Below, in pieces: positions 40,370 to 46,756 of a stretch of 46,756 nt of DNA. The stretch's first letter is position 1; the number at the start of each line of letters is the position of its first letter. A model generated the notes under the pieces. The model saw nothing but the letters and a program-made list of their open reading frames with translations, ran no database searches and was not told the DNA's origin. Position numbers and translations under genes: made by a program. Source of the stretch: a virus; the IMG/VR virus record IMGVR_UViG_3300045988_161382, one strand, 5' to 3'.

Positions 40370-40803
40370 AAATAATAATGAAAGAAGTACGTCAAAAGAT
40401 GGATGAGGACTTTGAAAATGCAGTATTTAAAGCTGTACGAAAAGTCGGCATAAATGTTGATAAAGAAGAACTCCTAAAAGCTCTAATTTATGATAGAGGA
40501 CAATATGATGAAGGCTATGAGGATGCAATGAATGAAATCAAGCATCCTCAACCCCTTAAATTTGAAGATTTAACTCCTGGTATGTGGGTTTGGGATAATT
40601 TCTTTACAACTTTTACAAGATTAGAAAATACATATTTATATTCTGATGATACTCTTGCCAAGGAAACTAAAATGACAACGTTTTATTGCGATGCAGGTGT
40701 TCTAACTAGGCCATTTGAAGAAAATAGATATTATCCAGTTCAAATTCCATGGGAAGGAAATAAAAAACAATGGGAACGTACTATAGAAAGTTGCAAACAG
40801 TAA
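40351..40803 (+). CDS. hypothetical protein
   Basis: 150-aa ORF that overlaps the previous gene. Confidence 0.55.
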   Translation: MYKPPIEIIMKEVRQKMDEDFENAVFKAVRKVGINVDKEELLKALIYDRGQYDEGYEDAMNEIKHPQPLKFEDLTPGMWVWDNFFTTFTRLENTYLYSDDTLAKETKMTTFYCDAGVLTRPFEENRYYPVQIPWEGNKKQWERTIESCKQ

Positions 40804-40949
40804 AACATGCTTTGCGATACTATATCACTAGACCGAACGCCAATGAAAAGGATCTAGTAAGAGAAAAGAATTTATTGAAGTCAGTTGAAAAAGAAGTAGA
40901 AATTTATCAAGAAAGAAATCATATTTCCAAAAAGGAGGAGAAAAAATAA
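40770..40949 (+). CDS. possible small protein (59 aa)
   Basis: ATG 40770 to TAA 40947-40949 fills an otherwise unassigned 146-bp gap. RBS is weak. Just below the ORF-track cutoff. Confidence 0.3.
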   Translation: MGTYYRKLQTVKHALRYYITRPNANEKDLVREKNLLKSVEKEVEIYQERNHISKKEEKK

Positions 40950-41339
40950 ATGAAAAAAGTATTAATCATATTAGCAAGCGTATTTGCTTTAACTGGATGT
41001 TCAAAAGCATCTAGAGTTAATTGGAATATTAGAGAAGATGCAAACAACTTTAAAATCACAAGAAAAGTCGTTGCTCTTAATACTAGAACAAATGATCCAT
41101 TATTCACTGTTGAGGGAAAGATTTCCCTTGATAGTGATGAAGATGGAGATTTAAACGTAACAATCAAAACTGGAAAAGGAAAGTACAAGCTGTTCTATGC
41201 GCATTTGTCAAATGATGTTACATACACTTGTATTCAAACAAAAGCTAAAAAAGAAAATCCTTATGCCTATGACATTCAATTCTTTCCAGCAAAAGAAGTT
41301 ATTGAAAATGGTGTTATTGATATCAAATCAAGTGAGTAG
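40950..41339 (+). CDS. lipoprotein
   Basis: RBS AAGGAGGAG. Signal peptide with lipobox MKKVLIILASVFALTGC. Confidence 0.75.
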   Translation: MKKVLIILASVFALTGCSKASRVNWNIREDANNFKITRKVVALNTRTNDPLFTVEGKISLDSDEDGDLNVTIKTGKGKYKLFYAHLSNDVTYTCIQTKAKKENPYAYDIQFFPAKEVIENGVIDIKSSE

Positions 41340-41349
41340 GTGGTAAATA

Positions 41350-41685
41350 ATGCAGAAGATTAAATTAGAAGCTGAAAATGATTTAGAAAAACGTTGCAAA
41401 AATTTAAAAGAACAAAATGAGGCATTGATTAGTGGATTGGATCTTGCAAATGAAACAATAAGCAATCTATACGGTTTGCTTCGAGAATACCGTCAACAAA
41501 AAGAAAAGCTTTTAAAACAAAATACAAAACTGTTAGCGATTTATACTGTAATCATCATAGCTCATATAATCACTGCAATCATTAATCAATCATATCGAAA
41601 TTCACTCATGTTTTATTTTCTCTCGGTCGTAAGCATTGTGTATGGTATTGATTTATGTAGTCAAAAATTCAAAAAAGGTGATTGA
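41350..41685 (+). CDS. membrane protein (coiled coil plus two C-terminal TM helices)
   Basis: 111 aa with RBS GTAGGTGG. TM segments LLAIYTVIIIAHIITAII and LMFYFLSVVSIVYGIDL. Confidence 0.6.
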   Translation: MQKIKLEAENDLEKRCKNLKEQNEALISGLDLANETISNLYGLLREYRQQKEKLLKQNTKLLAIYTVIIIAHIITAIINQSYRNSLMFYFLSVVSIVYGIDLCSQKFKKGD

Positions 41686-41686
41686 A

Positions 41687-41878
41687 ATGAATATATTAAT
41701 TAAAAAGCTTAATGATTGTCAGTTGACTAATCAAGAAATCAAATACGTTATTGGTCGTTTAACGTGTGCAACTAATTTTGATAAGGAATTGCATTTGAAA
41801 GCAATTGAAAAACTTGAAATACAAAGAAAGTACCTTGAAGAAGGCAATGTAGAAATAAAAGAAGATGGTGATAAATAA
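41687..41878 (+). CDS. hypothetical protein
   Basis: ATG 41687 after AAGGTGA. 63 aa. Confidence 0.5.
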   Translation: MNILIKKLNDCQLTNQEIKYVIGRLTCATNFDKELHLKAIEKLEIQRKYLEEGNVEIKEDGDK

Positions 41879-41976
41879 TGTACATTAACCCATTTTGGTG
41901 TGGAGTTGCAGCAACTATTCTTGCTGAATTGGCAGGGATAATTGCTTATGCAATTTATCAAGATCACAAAAATTAA
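41878..41976 (+). CDS. 32-aa hydrophobic peptide
   Basis: TAATG overlap with the previous gene. MYINPFWCGVAATILAELAGIIAYAIYQDHKN. Confidence 0.4.
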   Translation: MYINPFWCGVAATILAELAGIIAYAIYQDHKN

Positions 41977-42002
41977 TAATTAATTATTTTGGAGGGCAAG
42001 GA

Positions 42003-42500
42003 ATGAAATATACAGATGAAGAAAAGAAGATCATTGATGAAGTTAAAAAATATCTTAGAGAATTACGCCTAATAAATATTGAAAAATTCTCTTTAACATT
42101 TGAAATTGAGGACATTCCAAGCCCTCAATCAATTAAATACAGTGATGAAGCTCCTGGAGGTTTTTCAAAACCAAAAGGAGAACAAATCACTTCTAATATG
42201 TTGCGCAGGGAGCTTCTAACAAAGCGCCTAGAGCTCTTTAACAAAGAACTTGATAAATTTATGCCGTTAGTATATTTACTCAACGCAGGGCATAGAAACA
42301 TCATTAGAACGTATGTATGTTCAAGAGGGTACAATGACATGATTGACACATTAGAAGAATCATTTTGTATCAGCAAATCAACTTACAAAAGAGAATTTCC
42401 AAAAGCATGTTTAGAATTATCTAGATATCTTGACATGGAACACCGCCCATCGCTCGAAAAATTGAATAATATTTTTTATAAAAGTATCAAGAATGAATAG
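42003..42500 (+). CDS. ArpU/RinA-like late transcriptional regulator
   Basis: 165 aa with RBS GGAGGGCAAGG. It is the last gene before the packaging region. The C-terminal HRNIIRTYVC....MIDTLEESFCISKSTYKREFPKACLELSRYL resembles sigma-region-4-like ArpU proteins. Confidence 0.5.
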   Translation: MKYTDEEKKIIDEVKKYLRELRLINIEKFSLTFEIEDIPSPQSIKYSDEAPGGFSKPKGEQITSNMLRRELLTKRLELFNKELDKFMPLVYLLNAGHRNIIRTYVCSRGYNDMIDTLEESFCISKSTYKREFPKACLELSRYLDMEHRPSLEKLNNIFYKSIKNE

Positions 42501-42518
42501 AAATTTCATTCTTTTTTA
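42491..42518 (+). terminator. rho-independent terminator ending the early operon
   Basis: Stem GAATGAA / TTCATTC with a 7-nt loop that includes the stop codon, then TTTTTTATT. Confidence 0.75.
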
Positions 42519-42647
42519 TTCGTCAAAATAATCTCTAAAAGTCTATATATGTCTATAAATACACCTAAATACGCTTAAGTTTAACTAACTTTACCTTAAT
42601 TCACCTAAAAAATCTTCATTTTTTTCTTATTTGTGTTATATTATTTA

Positions 42648-42768
42648 TGTAGCTTGGAAGTATCAAAATCATTGTAAAAACAACATAGCTACAATGCTTT
42701 TTGTAAGTATGGGAATAAAATAGCATGCTAAAAGAAAAAAGGAAGAACGGCAATTCTTCCTCTTTTTC
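42648..42768 (+). ncRNA. candidate small RNA (promoter-like TGtTATATT at 42633-42641 to terminator at 42740-42768)
   Basis: No ORF longer than 9 codons. Contains stem TGTAGCT/AGCTACA, palindrome TAGCATGCTA, and ends in a 7-8 bp stem plus T-run. Confidence 0.2.
42740..42768 (+). terminator. rho-independent terminator
   Basis: Stem AGGAAGAA / TTCTTCCT with a 6-nt loop, then CTTTTTC. Confidence 0.6.
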
Positions 42769-42946
42769 TACTTCGAATACTAGCTTTAAGTAAGTGTGGG
42801 ATTAGTTCAACAACATTTTAGTTGCTACTAAGATTAAAAAGAGCATCACTAGGTATTCCATGAATACTTGCTCCTTTCCTTACACCAAAGCTAATATTCT
42901 TGCTTGATGTAAATAGCATGTTGCTAGTACCTCCGTAGTATATTTT

Positions 42947-42975
42947 GCACATCTTTGGATGTGCTTTTTTATTTT
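42947..42975 (+). terminator. rho-independent terminator
   Basis: Stem GCACATC / GATGTGC with loop TTTG, then TTTTTTATTTT. Confidence 0.75.
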
Positions 42976-43114
42976 ATCACATTTTGTTTTAAAATGTCTA
43001 TTTGGGAGTGGTGCAGAAAAGCGAATAAAAGCAGTGTTTCGAATCTCTAGAAATAGTATCAAAAGCCATAAATAAGAACATTTTTATCACAAGTGATAAC
43101 TTTTTATTAAAAGT

Positions 43115-43186
43115 GGACCCATTTTGGACCCAAAATGAACCCAAAGTGAGCCCTAATTGGACCCAAAGTGGACCTAGATTGAACCC
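43115..43186. repeat. seven G(G/A)(A/G)CC(C/T) motifs with exact 11-bp phasing (candidate pac / TerS-binding array)
   Basis: GGACCC 43115, GGACCC 43126, GAACCC 43137, GAGCCC 43148, GGACCC 43159, GGACCT 43170, GAACCC 43181. AT-rich 5-nt spacers. About 200 bp upstream of terS. Confidence 0.85.
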
Positions 43187-43289
43187 TTATTTCCGTGCTA
43201 TTATGCTATTGTGGTTTTTAAAGAAATGAAACAATCCCATTTAATTTAAAATCACAGTTCAGACATATAGGTTAAACCCCTTGCAAAAA

Positions 43290-43313
43290 AGTTCCTTACG
43301 GGAGCTTTTTTTC
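43290..43313 (+). terminator. hairpin plus T7 run upstream of terS
   Basis: Stem AGTTCC / GGGAGCT (6 bp, one G-U pair), then TTTTTTT. Nested inside TTGCAAAA...TTTTGCAA. Confidence 0.45.
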
Positions 43314-43384
43314 TTTTGCAAAGAACAACGTCGCAGTTTTAACTGTTGTTTATATAAATAAAAAAATGGAGGTGGTGACATGAT

Positions 43385-44026
43385 TTGGAAAAACACGAGT
43401 TAGCGTTTGAAGACTATAAAAACGGCATGAAGCAAAAAGAAATTGCTAAAAAATATGGTACGACAATCAACACTGTCAAGTCATGGAGCCGTCGCTATGA
43501 ATGGTCAAAAAAGAAGAAAAAGGGTGCACACCAAAATAAAAGTGTGCACACCAAAAAAGAATGCAAAAAAATAGCTGAAGAAATAGTAGAAACAAGTGAG
43601 CTGGATGAAGAACATCAGCTCTTTTGTATTTATTATTTGAAATATCACAATAAAGTCAAAGCATATTTAAAAATAAAACCCAAAGCTAAATATAACAGTG
43701 CTTGTGTCATGGCATCAAGATGGTTTAAAAAGCCTGAAATCCAAGAAGAAATTAAAAGACTAAAGCAAGAGTTATATACTGATATTCTTTTGGATCCTAA
43801 CGATATTGTTCAAAGATACATTGATATTGCTTTTTTAGATTCCGATGAATTGGATGGAAAGGCAATTAAAATGTCAGATTCTCTTAGAGCTCTCGAATGG
43901 TTATCAAGTCATTTGAACATGGCCAACGAAGAACAAAAACTCAAAATTGAAGTATTGAAAAAGCAATTGAATACGAATGATCAAGAAGATGATGGAGTTG
44001 AAATTATAAATGATGCACCAATTTAA
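43385..44026 (+). CDS. terS: terminase small subunit
   Basis: TTG start 9 nt after GGAGGTG. N-terminal HTH MKQKEIAKKYGTTINTVKSWSRRYEW. HQLFCIYYLKYHNKVKAYLKI...ASRWFKKPEIQEEI is a Terminase_2-like core. Confidence 0.8.
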   Translation: MEKHELAFEDYKNGMKQKEIAKKYGTTINTVKSWSRRYEWSKKKKKGAHQNKSVHTKKECKKIAEEIVETSELDEEHQLFCIYYLKYHNKVKAYLKIKPKAKYNSACVMASRWFKKPEIQEEIKRLKQELYTDILLDPNDIVQRYIDIAFLDSDELDGKAIKMSDSLRALEWLSSHLNMANEEQKLKIEVLKKQLNTNDQEDDGVEIINDAPI

Positions 44027-45380
44027 GAAAAAACAGGTACGTATTTCAGATATTGTCATTCCAAAGTTCTTGACTTGCTTCAATGACATTTCACACGTTC
44101 ATAAAATTATGGATAGTGGTCGTGCTGGAACAAAATCAAGCTATGCTGCTATTCATGGGATTTATAAGATTGTAAGCGAAGATGAATGCTCGGTAATAGT
44201 CATGAGAAAGTTCCACAATAAGCTTTCTAAGACTGTCTACAATGAATTTAAACGTGCAATCAAACGTCTAGGGTTGAAGAAAAAACAATTCAAGATAACC
44301 AAGAATCCAATGAAGATTACATATCTTAAAAATGGCAATTCGGTTTATTTTACAGGAAACGATTCTATTGATGATACAAAAGGAATCATTGATGAGGAAA
44401 AACCTATCAAGCTTGTTATTTTAGATGAGCTTACTGAGTTTTTCGAACGTGGCCAAGGGGAAGATGAAATATCCAACATAGAAGCAACATTCGTACGTGG
44501 TAATGATGATGAATTCTGCATGGAATATTATTTCAACCCGCCTAAAAATCCTAACGCACCTATTTTTAAATGGGTCAAAAAGATGGAAAAGCGTAGCGAC
44601 TGCATTCATATCCATGTTGATTATAGAGATGTACCAGAAAAGTGGCTTGGTAAAAAGCTTATTCAATCAGCAATGGAAATGAAAAAAGTCGATGAAAGAA
44701 TGTACAACTGGATTTGGCTAGGAATATCAATTGGTTTGGATGAAATCGTCTATTACATGTTTGATAAAGATAAACATGTTTTGGATAGAAACCTTACAAA
44801 TGATGAAATAGATGGAATTACAAGGATTGATGCATCTTGCGACTATGGTCAAATGAATGCAACAGTATTTGAGTTTTGGGGACTCAACCCCACACAGAAA
44901 ACTGTTTTTGGACTTGATGAATTTTATCATTCAGGGCGTGAAAGTGGTAAACAGCTGACACCTAGTGAGTATGCATTTAAATTCAAGAAGATGTGCGAAA
45001 AAATCAAGGAAGAATTTGGACAATATCCTCGAAACCTCTATATTGACCCAAGTGCAAGAGGACTTGCTGAAGAAATCAAAAGAGCCTGTCCGTTTATAAA
45101 AATAAGAGGTGCTCAAAATGATGTCAAATTAGGGATTTCAAGAGTCCAAAAAGCAATAGCATTTCAAAAAGTACTGTTTGGTGCACGTCAGGAAATGCTT
45201 TTGAATGAAATCGTTATTTACAGCTATGATAAAAAAAGCATTGAAAGTGGTGTTGAAAAACCAGTAAAAGATGATGATCACTGCATGGATGCATTGAGAT
45301 ATTACATCATGGGCATTTGGAAATACATTAAAAGATATCTTCCTGATGTCGAGAAGAATGAAGGTGGTGAGGATGATTAG
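44010..45380 (+). CDS. terL: terminase large subunit (PBSX/Terminase_3-like, headful type)
   Basis: 456 aa. Walker A-like SGRAGTKSS, Walker B VILDELTEF, and nuclease-domain motifs (DHCMDALRYY). Confidence 0.9.
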   Translation: MMHQFKKKQVRISDIVIPKFLTCFNDISHVHKIMDSGRAGTKSSYAAIHGIYKIVSEDECSVIVMRKFHNKLSKTVYNEFKRAIKRLGLKKKQFKITKNPMKITYLKNGNSVYFTGNDSIDDTKGIIDEEKPIKLVILDELTEFFERGQGEDEISNIEATFVRGNDDEFCMEYYFNPPKNPNAPIFKWVKKMEKRSDCIHIHVDYRDVPEKWLGKKLIQSAMEMKKVDERMYNWIWLGISIGLDEIVYYMFDKDKHVLDRNLTNDEIDGITRIDASCDYGQMNATVFEFWGLNPTQKTVFGLDEFYHSGRESGKQLTPSEYAFKFKKMCEKIKEEFGQYPRNLYIDPSARGLAEEIKRACPFIKIRGAQNDVKLGISRVQKAIAFQKVLFGARQEMLLNEIVIYSYDKKSIESGVEKPVKDDDHCMDALRYYIMGIWKYIKRYLPDVEKNEGGEDD

Positions 45381-46756
45381 TGTTTACAGCAATAAAGAAA
45401 TTTCTAGAAAGGATTAAGAACAGAATGTTTGCAACAAAAGATATAAATAAATTTTTCGATATCGATATTGCAATGTCGAATGACATGGTCGATTCAATTG
45501 ATTTATGGAATAAGATTTTAGAAAACAAACAGCCTTGGCTAAGTAAAGAAAAAGGTGTCAAATCATTAGCATTGGCACAAGGGATCAGTGAGGAACTTTC
45601 TAAAACTTCAACAAGAGAATTGATATCAAAAGTCATATCAAATGATTTTGTCAATCAGGAATATCAAGAATTCATTAAAGATATGAATGAAAATCTTCAA
45701 TGGGCTTTAGGCGAAGGCGGTGTTGTTTTTAAGCCATATGTAAGTGACAATCAAATATTTGTTGATGTTGTACATGCTGATAAGTTTTTTCCTGTTACGT
45801 TTAACGGAAGAAAGAAAATCACCGCAGGTATCTTTGTAGAACAGATTTTTAAAGGCAAAAACGTGTATACTCGATTAGAATATCAAAAATATGAAAATGG
45901 AGTAAATACGTTTGAAAACTATGCATTTATGAAAAAAGATTATTCTCAAGGAAATTACAATTTCTATACGGATTTTGGCAATCAAATTCCATTGGATACT
46001 ATTCCAGAGTGGAAAGATTTAGAGGAACATTTTGAGATTGGTGGCGTTGACAGACCGCTTTTTTCTTACTTCAAAACACCAGTCATCAATACAATTGATA
46101 AGATGTCCCCGCTCGGTGTACCTTGTTATGTCAAAGCAATCAATCTGATTAAAGATGCAGAGGAACAATACAGCAGATACATTTGGGAATTCGTTGGTGG
46201 CGAAATGGCAGTTGAAGCATCAAGTGATGCATTTGAAATTGATTCACGTACTAATGAACCAAAACTTCCTGAAGGAAAGAAAAGATTGTACAGAACATAC
46301 GATATCGATAATTCATCAGGACAAGCAACAAACATCAATGATTTAATCAAAGTACATGCTCCTCAATTAAGAGATGCCAATTATGCTGCAGGATTTAATG
46401 ATATTCTAAAGAGAATTGAATTTGAATGTGGTTTATCATATGGAGATTTAAGTGATCCACAACAAGTCGATAAAACTGCGGAAGAAATCAAGTCATCCAA
46501 ACAAAGAAAATATGATACTGTTTCAGCTATTCAAGACAGTTTGAATACTGTACTTGAAGATATAGCATATGCAATGAATGTTTATGCTATCGGAATGGGC
46601 AAATCAAAGTCTATGGAATGTGTTGTTGAAACTGATTGGGGAGACAGTATCTTGACCGATACTGAAAAACAAAGAAATATCGACCTTCAAGAAGTCAATG
46701 CTGGTTTGATGCCTGAATGGAAATACAAAGTCAAATGGCAAGGCATGAGTGAAGAA
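45380..46756 (+). CDS. portal protein (SPP1 gp6-like), N-terminal 459 codons; runs off the window end and continues at 2-172
   Basis: Open frame from GTG 45380 (1-nt overlap with the terL stop; alternative ATG 45425) to the window end with no stop. It is missing from the ORF track because it has no stop. Position between TerL and MuF. Confidence 0.8.
   Translation, partial: MFTAIKKFLERIKNRMFATKDINKFFDIDIAMSNDMVDSIDLWNKILENKQPWLSKEKGVKSLALAQGISEELSKTSTRELISKVISNDFVNQEYQEFIKDMNENLQWALGEGGVVFKPYVSDNQIFVDVVHADKFFPVTFNGRKKITAGIFVEQIFKGKNVYTRLEYQKYENGVNTFENYAFMKKDYSQGNYNFYTDFGNQIPLDTIPEWKDLEEHFEIGGVDRPLFSYFKTPVINTIDKMSPLGVPCYVKAINLIKDAEEQYSRYIWEFVGGEMAVEASSDAFEIDSRTNEPKLPEGKKRLYRTYDIDNSSGQATNINDLIKVHAPQLRDANYAAGFNDILKRIEFECGLSYGDLSDPQQVDKTAEEIKSSKQRKYDTVSAIQDSLNTVLEDIAYAMNVYAIGMGKSKSMECVVETDWGDSILTDTEKQRNIDLQEVNAGLMPEWKYKVKWQGMSEE
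46678..46756. repeat. second copy of the 79-bp terminal overlap
   Basis: Exact copy of bases 1-79. Confidence 0.9.

Noticed and set aside
42880-43062. 60-aa minus-strand ORF in the non-coding region upstream of terS
   Set aside because: It has no RBS, it runs straight through the strong terminator hairpin at 42947-42975, and its sequence has no protein-like features.
1-46756. Global reassignment of TGA (genetic code 4 or 25) as the explanation for the two in-frame TGA cases
   Set aside because: Trp is encoded by TGG throughout (for example the many W residues in the 940-aa tape-measure, lysin and TerL ORFs). Long genes contain no internal TGA. Several genes end sensibly at TGA (portal, 9477-9875, the E1 gene). 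A cell-wall amidase with PG-binding repeats argues against a wall-less Mollicute host. Only local readthrough or nonsense explanations are retained.

Overview
This window is a complete, circularly closed dsDNA tailed-phage genome of about 46.68 kb. Bases 1-79 are repeated exactly at 46678-46756, and the repeat lies inside the portal ORF. The genome is AT-rich and looks like a siphovirus of a low-GC Gram-positive host. Almost all genes are on the + strand. Order: portal C-terminus and MuF-like head protein; a ~5.5 kb accessory island (1.5-7.1 kb); the scaffold-capsid-connector-tail-tape measure-baseplate/fibre block (7.2-19.9 kb); holin and amidase endolysin (19.9-21.6 kb); a minus-strand immunity block (XRE repressor, ImmA protease, small acidic protein) facing a consensus early promoter and a cro-like gene (21.7-23.2 kb); a long early operon (YqaJ exonuclease, AntA/KilAC, DUF1351-like, RecT, iteron origin with initiator, G39P-like loader, SSB, RusA, many small genes); an ArpU-like late regulator; an ~880-bp non-coding region; then TerS, TerL and the portal N-terminus. 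No integrase or recombinase, tRNA, CRISPR array or transposase was found. The most interesting signal is a translationally coupled cassette at 33.3-35.9 kb. It encodes a ubiquitin-like protein ending in Gly, a ThiF/E1-like enzyme, an orphan protein and an E2-like protein (PRTRC-like, but without ParB or JAB). Other leads: a tandem DUF2829 (Tad2-like) protein; a GNAT toxin-like pair; two ORFs with in-frame TGA followed by continued coding signal; candidate +1 and -1 frameshift sites; seven exactly 11-bp-phased repeats upstream of terS; and duplicated early-gene modules. All family calls rest on motif recognition by eye, with no searches run.
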